This document shows positions 41,756 through 52,698 of a DNA stretch of 64,000 nt, in pieces (position 1 is the stretch's first letter; the number at the start of each line of letters is the position of its first letter). The translations under genes and the position numbers were made by a program. Location: assembly GCA_963792585.1 (NCBI GenBank), contig CAWBWI010000001.1, forward strand, positions 1,760,001 through 1,824,000. Direction: 5' to 3'. Below the pieces are notes generated by a model. That model was not told where the DNA came from. It ran no database searches and saw nothing but the letters and a program-made list of their open reading frames with translations. The DNA is from Candidatus Eiseniibacteriota bacterium (GTDB lineage: Bacteria; Eisenbacteria; RBG-16-71-46; CAIMUX01; VGJL01).

Positions 41756-43164
41756 ATGAGATCGCTCATCTGCATCGCCGCCGTTGTCCTCGTCTCGATG
41801 CTGTCGATCCCGACTCCCGCTCCCGCGGCGCCCTACTGGAGCCCGGCGGAGATCGAGGCTTGGTACGCCCGATCCGATGCGCCGCCGGAGATTTCCTCTT
41901 TCCTGTTCCACGCGGCGGTCCTCGCAACAGCCTCTCCTACGCGGATGAGTACGCCCGCATCGTCGCGTTCCTCAGGACCTGGCAGGTTTCGCAGATCGGA
42001 ACCAACTTCGGCGGAATCCGCGAGGGGGAGCACCTACAGAACATTATCCAGACCGACAACACCTCGGAGGCGATCTGGGTCTGGTCGCGCTACTACGAAC
42101 TGACCGGGGACAACCAGTATTACTCGAATATCATCAATGCCTTCACCTACTCGCTCAATCACCCGGCCTACTTGGAAGAGGGCGGAGACACGGAAACGAA
42201 CGGGTACTACCGGATGTACAACTGCGGCTGGGCGGTCTGCGCCGAGCAGAAGTTCCGCGACGTGTACGGAGATCTGACCTACAAGGCGTACGGCGACTCG
42301 TGCGCGGGCTATCTCCGCTACCACACGCTTCGCCACATCAACAACCCTTCCATCGACAACGTCAACACGCATGTCCTCGCCTGGGCCTGTGGCAACCTCT
42401 ACCTGGCGGGCGTCCATGAGGGAAATCAGGCGTGGAAGGACCGCGCCGTCTCCGAGATGCAGACCAAGGTCAAGGTCTGGGTCGAGGCCGATCCGACCCA
42501 GTTGGCCAACGAGGCGTGGGCGATGTCGGGCGGGGCAACGATGTGGGGGCTCTTGAATTCCTACTTCCTGGCGAACCCAGCGGAGGCGCCCACCTGGCTG
42601 GCCACGTACAAGGGGAGCATGGACACCTATGCCAGCCCGGGCGATTTCACGAATGCCTGGAACGGATGGTACGCCTATGGGCACCGGGCCGTAGGGTTGG
42701 CCCTGCATGATAGCGCCCATCTTGCGCTCCATATCGCACTGACCGACACGCTGAAGGCGGAGGACGGCGACGAAGACGGCGGCGTCCCGGCCAAGCCGGC
42801 GGACAGCGACACGATGGACCAGACCTGGGTGTCGAACTATCTCGCGGTCTTCGGCCTGAGCGATGCTCTTGGACCGACGAGCGCGGTGAATGCCGCGATC
42901 CCGGGCACGCGCCTGCCGGTCCTCGACGCCGCTCCGAACCCCTTCACCCGCGGGACCCTTCTCACGTGGAATCCCGGGAGGCAGGGGATCGCGCTGGTAT
43001 CGATCTACGACATGAGCGGGCGCCGCGTGGCGGACCTCCCCGCCGCACCCTCCGGGTCGGCGGCGCTGCAGTGGCGCCCCGAGGGGCTGCCCTCGGGCAC
43101 CTATGTCGCGGTCGTCCGCTCACCGGAAGGAACGGCCTCGCGGAGGATCACCTTCCTCCGCTGA
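41756..43164 (+). CDS. Secreted helical (alpha/alpha-toroid-like) protein with C-terminal sorting domain; frameshift near 41908
   Basis: AGGAGG RBS and signal peptide MRSLICIAAVVLVSML in one frame; body 'YARIVAFL...YYELTGD' and PNPF...YDMSGRRV...SGTY in another. One-base correction joins them. Confidence 0.7.
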
Positions 43165-43369
43165 CGACTCTCTCGCGCCGTCACGGAACCGACCCCGGGC
43201 GATGGTGTATCCACCTCGTCCGGGGTTTCCATCTTGGAGTTCCTGCTCGTCGCCCGTCCAAGGTGGGGACCCCGGCGCGAATTTCATCAGTGAAGAATCA
43301 CGATGCCGCGCGTCACCGGCCTCGCGATCGGCGTTCGCCGGGCGAGACGAATTTCATAGCGACCGCTAG

Positions 43370-45085
43370 CCCGGATTTCTCACCAAGGGGAATAGCAACG
43401 GGCGGACAGATTCGTTTAAAGGGTGTTGTCTACGCACCTACAACGAATCATGAGGTCCGCCCGATGCAGACACACTGTAACTCCGCTCAACTCGCGTTCC
43501 AACCCCTTGGTCGTCGAATCGTAGAGGCCGCTTTCGACGCGGGTCATGTGACTAGCGACGCGGGCGGCCTCCTGCTTCGAGAGATCGCTTCCACCACGCG
43601 GATGATGGAGCGGATCGCCTCCTGCTTCACCGACGCCCGTGATCCTGCCCGGGGCTGAGCATTCCCTCGACGGTCTGATTGCCCAGAGGATTTATGGCCT
43701 GGCCCTCGGCTACGAGGACCTCAACGACCACGATCAGCTCCGTCGGGATCCCCTGCTTGCCGTTCTGGTGGGCAAGACCGACCCGGATGGCCAGGATCGG
43801 GTCCGAGAGCGGGACCGGGGCTGCGCCCTGGCCGGCAAGAGCACTCTGAATCGGTTGGAGCACACTCCTCCCACCGAGCGGGATCGTTATCACCGGATCG
43901 CCTACGACTCTGGAAAGCTCGACCGATTGCTGGTGGATCTGTTCCTGGAGTCCTACGATCACGCCCCTCGACAGATCATTCTGGATCTGGACGCTACGGA
44001 TGACCCGGTGCACGGATCCCAGGAGGAGCGGTTCTTCCACGGCTACTACGGGCACTACTGCTTTCTGCCGCTCTACGCTTTCTGCGGGGAGCACCTGCTC
44101 CTGGCCCGATTGCGGCCGTCGAACATCGATGCCTCTGCGGGGACTGTCAAGGAGTTGGCGCCCATCATTCATCAGATCTGGCAGCGGTGGCCGAGAACCC
44201 AGATCGTCTTGCGTGCGGATTCAGGCTTTGCACGGGAAGAGATCATGGTTTGGTGTGAGGAACAGGGCGTCGACTACGTCTTTGGGTTGGCGAAGAACTC
44301 TCGGTTGATCCGCAAGATTGCCCGGGAGTTGAAACGGGCCCTGAAACGCTATGGCCGGACAGGAAAGCCTGCCCGATTCTTCCGGGACTTCCTTTACCGG
44401 ACCCGAGAGAGCTGGAGTCGATCTCGACGGGTGGTAGGGAAAGCGGAGCATCTGGAGAAGGGGAGCAATCCGAGATTCGTGGTGACCTCTCTTGAATCGG
44501 CACCAGCCCGGGATCTCTACGAAGCCATCTACTGCGCCCGCGGCGAGATGGAGAACCGGATCAAAGAACAACAGCTGGATCTGTTTGCCGACCGGACGAG
44601 CGCGACCAGCATGCGGTCGAATCAGTTGCGACTCTATTTCTCGAGCTTTGCCTACGTCCTGCTGCAGTACCTGCGGCGCGTCGGACTGCGGGGAACGGAA
44701 CTGGCGCGAGCTCAGTGCGGGACGATCCGTCTGAAACTCCTGAAGATCGGCGCCCTCATCGCGGTGAGTGTCCGCCGGATCCGTTTCCGGATGGCCAGCG
44801 GCTATCCACATGCCGACCTGTTCCGCCAAGTGATGGAAAACCTACGACACGATCCGAGTCCAGGCTAATCCCCGAAGGTCCCCGAACACCAAAGATCCGC
44901 GTCGATTACGGAGACAAGGGAGGAGTCTGCCTCGGGCGGACTGGCGCACCTCCCAGGACGCCAGATTCCGGTCTCATGATCGGGAATCGAACGGCGGATG
45001 CGCGACGAGGGGCGCGAGAGAGGATCCATCGTCCTCCGGCACGCCCCTCGATCAGCTTCTTCCTACACCTGGTGAGAAATGCGGG
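43370..45085 (+). mobile_element. IS1380-family insertion sequence (1716 bp)
   Basis: IRL CCCGGATTTCTCACCA (43370-43385) and IRR TGGTGAGAAATGCGGG (45070-45085) match at 15/16. CTAG direct repeats flank both ends (43366-43369, 45086-45089). Confidence 0.92.
43464..44868 (+). CDS. IS1380-family DDE transposase; frameshift at the G4 run 43651-43654
   Basis: FDAGHVTSDAGGLLL, GYEDLNDHDQLRRDP, LDLDATDDPVHGSQE, RADSGF, YCARGEMENRIKE. Confidence 0.9.
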
Positions 45086-46491
45086 CTAGCCAACCGGTTC
45101 GCGAACGCGATCCTGCCGTCCCCCGCTTCCCCCCGTCCAACCAGGCGACCGACCATGTCATAGAGCCGCCAGTCGACCGCGCCTTGGGGTGTGACCTGAT
45201 AGCGCACGCTCCCATCCTCCGCCTGCCAAACGCGAATCGGAGAGACCCCGTCCTCGGGTGCGGAAGCCGGATCAAAGAGGACCGTGTAGAGCCCCGACCC
45301 GCCCGATTCCAGGCGCAGGAGGTGTGCGAGAGCGTCGTAATCCCACCCCCCGAACGGAGCTCCGTCCCGGAGGATTGCGGCTGGCGCGGCATGCACGTCC
45401 TTGAAGGACAGGGCCGCGGATCCCGCGTCCGCGATCTCCCAACGGCACGCGAATTGCTCGCCCAGGGGGAAGCCGAGCGGCGCCAGATCGAGGGAGACTT
45501 CCGCGACATTCGCGAGGCAATCGACGTCGACGCGCGATCCGGCCGCATCGACGGCCGCATCGAAGCGGGCGAACGAATCGATCGACCCGCGCATCTTCAG
45601 ATCGGCCCAATACCAGCGCCCTTCTTCGTCCGCGCGAATCGAGATCCGGTCGGGGGCTCGGTCGAGGATGAAGCCTCCCAGGAAATCGCAGATGCGCGAT
45701 TCCTCCGCGCAGACCCATCCGTGTCCCTCGTTCGCGGATTCCCGCAGCTCGACGGCGTCGGCGAAGCCAGCCATGGCCGCATGGAGATCCTCCGCATGCG
45801 CGCGCCAGATGGAATCCGACGAGCCATTTCCAAACGTCAGGTAGAGGGGCAGGTGGCGTGCGTTGATGTGCATGCTCCGCGTGGAGTCTCCGAAGACAAT
45901 TGAGGAGTTGCGGTGGTAGGTGAACGGGACCTGTTCCGGCGTTCCACCGAAGGCACCGACCATCGAGTTGTTGAAGCCCTGCTCGTGGAATCGACGATCG
46001 CAGTCCTGGATGCCCGAGATCGACGCGGCAGCGGCGACCATGGGGCCGTCCGGATCGAGATGATTGTTCGAGAAGACCATCCCCGCCGCGCCCCCCATCG
46101 AGGCGCCGACCATGTAGATCCGATCCGGGTCGACGGCGTATTGCTCCTCGATCCACCGGATCACATCGACCATGTGGGATTGCGCTGCCTGGTTGTTCCA
46201 GTGCGTCGGGGTAGGCCCGCCCATCGCGGCGCAGAGCCAGCCGCGCGCGTCACACTCCTCGTCGAAGGAGGTCGCGTCCCGCATCTCGCGCCATCCGCCG
46301 CCGAGTTGATGCCAGCCGATCAGGATGGGGCAGGGCACGCTGGAGAGGTAGGTCGTGGGAATCTGGAGCCAGAAGGTCTCGGTCGTGTCCCCGAGAGCGG
46401 TCTCGATCGTGATCTCATACTCCTGGCGTGCCCCGCACGGGGCGGGACACGCCAGAATCGCCAGAAGAATCAGAAGCCAAGGACGCGCCAC
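45052..46491 (-). CDS. Secreted alpha/beta-hydrolase (esterase/PHB-depolymerase-like), C-terminus interrupted by IS1380
   Basis: Signal peptide, 'VDPDRIYMVGASMGG' nucleophile elbow, HGW. The sorting domain is cut at the CTAG and its original end lies at 43287-43369. Confidence 0.8.
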   Translation of the reverse strand: MARPWLLILLAILACPAPCGARQEYEITIETALGDTTETFWLQIPTTYLSSVPCPILIGWHQLGGGWREMRDATSFDEECDARGWLCAAMGGPTPTHWNNQAAQSHMVDVIRWIEEQYAVDPDRIYMVGASMGGAAGMVFSNNHLDPDGPMVAAAASISGIQDCDRRFHEQGFNNSMVGAFGGTPEQVPFTYHRNSSIVFGDSTRSMHINARHLPLYLTFGNGSSDSIWRAHAEDLHAAMAGFADAVELRESANEGHGWVCAEESRICDFLGGFILDRAPDRISIRADEEGRWYWADLKMRGSIDSFARFDAAVDAAGSRVDVDCLANVAEVSLDLAPLGFPLGEQFACRWEIADAGSAALSFKDVHAAPAAILRDGAPFGGWDYDALAHLLRLESGGSGLYTVLFDPASAPEDGVSPIRVWQAEDGSVRYQVTPQGAVDWRLYDMVGRLVGRGEAGDGRIAFANRLASPHFSPGVGRS

Positions 46492-46512
46492 CGCACGCCC
46501 TCCATCCCTGCG

Positions 46513-49299
46513 TTACGGAGCCTTCGGAGTCGCCTCGGCCTTGCCCGCGGGCGCCTGCGCGGCCTTGGCGAAATCGCCCGCCTCGACCTTGCAGATCTTC
46601 GCCGGGTCGATGTACTTCTTCATCGCCGCGTTGATCTGCTCGAGCGTCAGCATGCCCACCTTCTTCTCGAGATCGGCGTCCCATGCCAGCGTGCGGCTCT
46701 GGAACTCGCGCTGTCCGAGATTGCGCGCCAGTTCGCGGTCGTTGGAGCGCGAGACCGTTCGCTGCTGCAGCCAGCCCGACTTCGCGTCGGCGACCTCCTG
46801 CGCGCTGAACCCCTTGTCCACGATCGCCGTCGATCTCCTCGTCGAAGGCCGCGACCAGACGCTCGGAGTTCTGCGGCGCGTAGATCGCGACGGCCGCCGA
46901 ACTAGGCGTCCTTGTCGAAGGCGCTGGCGAAGAACGATCGAGCCGACGCCGTAGGAGAGCCCTTCCTTCTGGCGGATCCGCGGACGGCGAGGCGCGAGTT
47001 GAGGAAGCCGCCGCCGGTCATGAAGTTGCCCGAGCACGAGGGCGGGGTAGTCGGGATCGTCGTCCCGGATCGGGAATTCGCAGGCCCGCGCCGAAGACGG
47101 CGCTTTCCTTGTCGGGCGTCTCGATCCGCTCGTGGATCGGCGGGACGGTCCTGCCAGACGTGGCGACGCGCGTGAACGGCTTCGCGGCTCTTCCAGTCGC
47201 CGAAGAGCTCGCGCGGCGAGCGCCTCGCCTGCTGCGGGTCGACGTCGCCGACGACGGCGATCTCTGCCGGCGGACGCGCCGTAGAAGTCGCGCGTGGAAT
47301 CGCTTCACCTCGTCGAGCGTCACGGCCTGGAGCCGCTCGATCTGCTCCTCGGGCGTGCGCGACGTAACGGGGTCGTCCTTCGGGCCAGGGGTTCAGGTGC
47401 TGCTGCGATCGTGGTGAAGGCCTTCTGACGAACGGCTCGCTCTTCGCGTCCTCGAGGGCCGTCAGCTGTCTCCTGCTGGAGCTGCGCGAGCTCCGGTCGC
47501 GGGGAAGGACGGCTCGCGCAGGATCTCGGCAGCGAGCCGCATCGAGTCGGCCAGGTTCTCCCGGGTCGTCTCGATGGCCCGGCGGAGACCTCGGTCGCGC
47601 TGCCGCCGACGCGGATGCGCGTCTTCAGCCGATCGATCTCGTCCTGGATCTGCTGGCGCGTCGTGCTTCTTCGTGCCGCGCTCGAGCAGATCCACCGTCA
47701 TCTCGCCGACGCTGGCGAGACCCTTGAGACTCTGCTCGTCACCCATGCGCAGGGTCATGGCGACTTGGACGCGTCGCACCACGGGTCTTCTTCGGGAGGA
47801 TCACGACCTTCGATTCCGCTCGGGAGAGTCGCTCGCACCACGTCGCGCCTCGATCGCCGTCGGGACTGGCGTCGAACTCCTCGCCCTGAGAAAGCCCCTC
47901 GCCGCCCTTGTAGTCCTTCACCATCGAGGCGACGTCGGGAGTGGCCGGGATTTCGGCCCGCTACGGCTCCTTCGTCGGGATGTAGAGGCCCACGGTTCGG
48001 TTCCCTTGCCTGAGGTAGGCGGAGGCCACGCGCTGGATGTCGGCCGCGGTGACGGCCTTGAGCCGGTCGCGATGGAGGAAGAGTAGCCGCCAGTCGCCCA
48101 TCGCGGACCACTCGGAAAGCCCCACCGCCGCGCGCTCGGTGTTGCGCATCGCCATGTCCCAGCCCTTCAAGAGACGCTCGCGCGCGCGGTCGATCTCCTC
48201 CCCCGTGGGCGGCGCGTTCCCCGCCGCCTCGGTGGTGCGAATCAACTCGTCGCGAACCGGCTCGAGGGGCTGATCGGCGCGCACCTCGGCCCGGGCCATG
48301 AAGAGCGAGGGCTCCGCGAACTGGGCCGCGTCGGCCGAGATGCTCGATGCCATCTTCGTCTCGACGAGAGCCTTGTAGAGCCGGCCCGAGGGCTCGTTTC
48401 CCAGGATGTTGGCGAGCATCTCGAGGGCGGGAAAGTCCGGATGCGAGCCCGCGGGGATGTGGTAGGCCGCCGCCGCGACCTGCGTGTCGCCGACGCGGCG
48501 CAGGGTCACCGTGCGCTCCCCATCCTGCGCCGGCTCGGTGGTATAGGTGACCGGAATCGACCGGGTCGGACGCGGGAGCTTGCCGAATGTGGCCTCGATC
48601 ATGCCCAGCGTCTTCCTTGGATCGAACCGCCCGGCCACCACCAGCACGGCGTTGTCCGGCTGGTACCACTTCCGGTAGAAGGCCTGGAGGTTATCGATCG
48701 GCACGTTCTCGATGTCGGAACGGGCCCCGATGGTCGATTTGCCGTAGTTGTGCCAGAGATAGGCGGTGGAGAAGATCCGCTCTTCCAGGACTTGCGCCAG
48801 GATCGTTCTCGTCGACCTCGAATTCGTTCCGGACGACCGTCATTTCCGAGTCGAGATCCTTCCGGGCGATGAAGCTGTTGACCATGCGATCGGCTTCCAT
48901 GTCGAGCGCCCACGCGAGATTCGAGTCGGTCGCGGCGAAGGTCTCGAAGTAGTTCGTTCGATCGAACCAGGTCGAGCCGTTCGGCCGGCAGCCGTGGGAG
49001 GTCAGTTCCTGCGGGATGTTCGGGTGCCGCGGGGTGCCTTTGAACACCATGTGCTCGAGCAGGTGCGCCATTCCGGTCTCGCCGTATCCTTCGTGCCGAG
49101 ATCCGACGAGGTAGGTGATGCAGACGGTCGCCGTCTCCTTCGAGGGATCGGGGAAGAGGAGAACGCGCATTCCGTTGTCGAGCCGGTACTCCGTGATCCC
49201 CTCGACCGAGGTCACCTGGACCGGCGCGGCAAACGCGGGCGGGGCCGCGAGCGACCCCAGAGTGATCGCGGCCAGCAAGAACAACGAGCAGAGCTTCAT
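46513..49299 (-). pseudogene. M16-family zinc protease (PqqL/pitrilysin-like) with many frameshifts (assembly errors or decay)
   Basis: [25 protein letters not shown] (HXXEH), YQPDNAVLVVAG, RIRQKEGLSYGV; motifs spread over several frames between about 46850 and 48790. Confidence 0.8.
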
Positions 49300-49359
49300 G
49301 GATCCTTCCCTTTCCAATCCTTGGTTCCTGGTGAACTGCGGTCGCGGCCGGACCCTCGC

Positions 49360-51984
49360 TTACTCCATGACGGTGATCTTGGTCGTGGCGACCTTGCCGC
49401 CGACCGCGAGACGGGCGAAGTAGACGCCTCCCGCGACGCGGCTGCCGCGATCATCCCGGCCGTTCCAGACGACCTCGCCCGCGCCGGCACGGCGCGCGCC
49501 GTCCGCGAGCGAACGGACGCGGCGCCCGGCCAGGTCATAGATCTCCAGACGAACGTCCGCCCCCTTCGCGAGGGCGAAGCGGATCGTCGACGCATCGCGG
49601 AGCGGGTTCGGCAACGCGCCGAGTTCGAACCCGGCCGCGGCGAGCGCATCGGGCGCATCCGAGGTCTGCGGCAAGTCAATCTCGTAGATCCCGTTGCCGA
49701 AGGTCGCGGCCCGCATGATCCGATCCTGCGGCCGGATCACGACGTCGAGGACCATCGCGATCGGCATTCCCTGGTTGTAGTCGGTCCAGGAGAGACCGCC
49801 GTCGATAGTGCGGTAGATGCCGAGATCCGTGCCGACGTATACCCAGTTCGGATCGATCGGATCGACCGCGATGCTCTGGACCGGAATGTCGGGAAGGTTG
49901 CCCGAACGATCGGCCCAGGTCAGCCCGGCGTCGGTCGACCTGTAGACGTGCGGGGTGCCGTAGCCCGAGAAGGTGAGCCAGGCATTGAGGCTGTTCCCGC
50001 GATGGTAGGTGATGTCGGTCGGGTAGCGCTGCGGCAGGCCGGCCGTGACGTCCGTCCACCCGGCGCCGCCGTTCGTCGAGCGACGGATCTCGAAGACCGC
50101 CCCCGTGCTGCCGCTGCCGGTCCCGGCCAGCAACGTGTCGGGGCTCGTGAAGGAAACCCCGATAACGGCCATCGGCGTGCCGTTCCAGTTCGAGTTCCCG
50201 TCAGGGAAGCTCCAGCTGCCTCCCCCGTTCGTCGACTTCTGCACCGCCCGCTGGCCGGCATAGAGGATGTTCGGGTTCGTCTCGCAGATCACGAACGGCG
50301 CGATGAAGTTCGCCTCGTTGGAGTTGCCGCCGTGCACCTCGGACCAGTTGCTCCCGCCGTCGGTGCTCTTGTACATGTTCAGGTAGACGTACTCCTCGTA
50401 GAGGACGTTCTCGTTCGACGGGTCGATCGCGCACCAGCCGCCGTCGCCCCCGAAGACCTTCGACCAGGTCGGGGAGCCGGTGTACTTGACCGTCCCGTTG
50501 TCCTGGAGTCCGCCGAGGGCCAGGCTTGCGGTCGCCGTTCCGTTCGCGAACCCGGCGTAGAACTGGGTCGTGACGAAGCCGCCGTTCTTGCCGCCCCAGT
50601 GGACGCCGCCGTCGGTCGATTTGAAGACGCCGCCGTCGGAGCCGACGTAGACGATCTGCGGGTTCGTCGGGTCCCAGACGATCGCGTGCTGGTCGGCGTG
50701 AACGTAGTTGGAGGGTCCCTCCGGTCCGCCCGGCGGGACTTCACCCTCGTAGCCGAGATACCAGAGCGTGATCTGGGGCAAAGTGCTCCCGCCGTTGGTG
50801 CTCCGGTACCAGTCGAGCCCGCCGCAGAAGACGATGTTCGCATTCAGGGGGGAAACGCCCACAACGTTGTCGTACCAGGCCTGCGAACTCGTCCAGTTCG
50901 TGCTGTTGACGTTGGTCCAGGTCGTCCCCTCGTTCGTGCTCTTGAACAGGCCGATGATCTGGCGGCTGCTCGCATCCGAGACTCCCGCGTACAGGATGCG
51001 CGGCGACACCGGAGAGTCGACATGCAACGCAAGCGGCGTGCGGCCGAAGTTGGCCGTCGGCAGCCCTCCGCCGAGCTGTGTCCAGCTCGCTCCGCCGTCG
51101 GTCGTGCGATAAATGCCGGGATCAGGCGTGCTGTTGAGCTGCCCGTGAGATACCCAGACCTTCTGCGGGTTGTACGGATCGACCACCACGTCCATCGCCA
51201 TCAGGGAGGCGTGGGAGAGCGTCCAGTTCGTTCCGGCGTCGGTCGTCTTGTAGAGCCCCTCGCTCGTCGCCGCCCAGAGGACGTTCGAGTCGGTGGGATC
51301 CATCTTGAGGGCCAGAACGGCGCGACTGATGTCGAAGGTCCAGGTCAGACCTGTCTCCTGCCACGTGACGCCGCCGTCTACGCTCTTGAGGATTCCGAGG
51401 CCATAGCTCGAGCGGGCGCCCGGCGTGCCGACCTGCGGCCGGAGATAGCGGCTCATCTCACCGGTGCCGATGTACATTACCTGGGTGTCGTTCGGATCGA
51501 TGACGATCGCGCTCACCGACAGGGACGGGAAGCCCGTCTCGATCCGCGTCCAAGCCGAAGCCCCTTCACCAGCGGACGTCGACTTCCAGAGGCCGCCGCT
51601 CGCCGCGCCACACCAGAGCACGCTCGGGTTGCCGGGGTCGACCGCAAGCGACAGAACCCGTCCGCCTACGTTGTCCGGCCCGATCGAACGCCACTCGGTC
51701 ATCGCATCGCGCGTTCCCGCCGGCATCAGGTTCTCGCGGGAGTAGCGGTAGGCATCGAAGTAGGCCGCCTTCGGGAGCAGCTCGAACGGGTAAGCGCGGG
51801 TGCCGTACCACCATTCGAAGGCCTCCCACGCATGCCCCTCTTCCTTGCGGTCCTTCTCCTCTTCCTCCTTGGGCAACTGGAGACGGGACGGACCCGAGGT
51901 CCGATCGTTTCCGCCAATTTGGATCACGACCACAGCAAGGAGGGCGACGCCGAGCGCCGCGCCGATCCATCGAACCGCTTTCAT
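49360..51984 (-). CDS. Secreted BNR/Asp-box (VPS10/sortilin-like) beta-propeller protein with FlgD-Ig domain
   Basis: WRSIGPDNVGGRV, many SxDGGxxW Asp-boxes, HADQHA, GGLQDNGT, GGDG; C-terminal YDLAGRRVR...WNG...GVY. Confidence 0.88.
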   Translation of the reverse strand: MKAVRWIGAALGVALLAVVVIQIGGNDRTSGPSRLQLPKEEEEKDRKEEGHAWEAFEWWYGTRAYPFELLPKAAYFDAYRYSRENLMPAGTRDAMTEWRSIGPDNVGGRVLSLAVDPGNPSVLWCGAASGGLWKSTSAGEGASAWTRIETGFPSLSVSAIVIDPNDTQVMYIGTGEMSRYLRPQVGTPGARSSYGLGILKSVDGGVTWQETGLTWTFDISRAVLALKMDPTDSNVLWAATSEGLYKTTDAGTNWTLSHASLMAMDVVVDPYNPQKVWVSHGQLNSTPDPGIYRTTDGGASWTQLGGGLPTANFGRTPLALHVDSPVSPRILYAGVSDASSRQIIGLFKSTNEGTTWTNVNSTNWTSSQAWYDNVVGVSPLNANIVFCGGLDWYRSTNGGSTLPQITLWYLGYEGEVPPGGPEGPSNYVHADQHAIVWDPTNPQIVYVGSDGGVFKSTDGGVHWGGKNGGFVTTQFYAGFANGTATASLALGGLQDNGTVKYTGSPTWSKVFGGDGGWCAIDPSNENVLYEEYVYLNMYKSTDGGSNWSEVHGGNSNEANFIAPFVICETNPNILYAGQRAVQKSTNGGGSWSFPDGNSNWNGTPMAVIGVSFTSPDTLLAGTGSGSTGAVFEIRRSTNGGAGWTDVTAGLPQRYPTDITYHRGNSLNAWLTFSGYGTPHVYRSTDAGLTWADRSGNLPDIPVQSIAVDPIDPNWVYVGTDLGIYRTIDGGLSWTDYNQGMPIAMVLDVVIRPQDRIMRAATFGNGIYEIDLPQTSDAPDALAAAGFELGALPNPLRDASTIRFALAKGADVRLEIYDLAGRRVRSLADGARRAGAGEVVWNGRDDRGSRVAGGVYFARLAVGGKVATTKITVME

Positions 51985-52212
51985 GGGGCTTCCTTTTGCG
52001 AGAGAACCATGCCGGAGGGACCACGCGGGTCCCCCGATGACGTTGTTACATTCATCAATTGTACCGTAGATGGGGGTACCCGAAGGAGCGGATTCTACCC
52101 GCTGAGATCCGCCACAGGTCTGGAATTCGGCTATCCTGGGCCTCGCGGACCCGTTTCTTCATCCACCGCGGGGCGGCTTCGAAGGAGGTCACCGCGGGAC
52201 AGGAGTCTTCCG

Positions 52213-52698
52213 ATGGCCAGGGCGCTAATCCGAACGTTCACAATGGCCGACTATGACGCCGTAACCCGCCTGTGGGGTCTATTCCCAGGCGCGATCGGCG
52301 TCGGACGCTCCGACACGCGACAGGAGATCGAGAAGAAACATGCGCGCGACTCCGACCTCTTTCTCGTCGCCGAGGAGTCGGGGACGATCGTCGGCACCGT
52401 GATCGGAGGATTCGACGGGCGGCGCGGGCTGATCTATCACCTCGCGGTCGACCCGGCACCGGCCCATTGCGGCCTCGGCAGGATCCTGATGGCCGAGGTC
52501 GAACGCCGTCTCGCCGCGAAGGGGTGCATCCGCGCCTACTTGTTGGTGCTGCCCGAGAACGATCGACTGGTTGGCTACTATGCGCACCTCGGCTGGGATG
52601 CGATGCGGATCACGACCATGGCGAAGAACCTGACTTCCCCGGATCACCCGCGGGCCCGCGATGGCGGAGTCTGCGAGGATCGCGCCGACCCCTGCTAG
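52213..52698 (+). CDS. GNAT acetyltransferase (YpeA-like)
   Basis: AGGAG RBS; 'LFLVAE...VGTVIGGFDGRRGLIYHLAVDP...GLGRILM'. Confidence 0.85.
   Translation: MARALIRTFTMADYDAVTRLWGLFPGAIGVGRSDTRQEIEKKHARDSDLFLVAEESGTIVGTVIGGFDGRRGLIYHLAVDPAPAHCGLGRILMAEVERRLAAKGCIRAYLLVLPENDRLVGYYAHLGWDAMRITTMAKNLTSPDHPRARDGGVCEDRADPC

Noticed and set aside
43645..43660. Programmed frameshift in the IS transposase
   Set aside because: IS1380 transposases are single ORFs and there is no slippery heptamer. A one-base excess in a G run fits the error pattern seen elsewhere.
48766..52212. 1310-aa plus-strand ORF 48766..52698
   Set aside because: Antisense shadow of the BNR and M16 genes in GC-rich DNA. Only the last part, from 52213 (GNAT, with its own RBS), looks real.
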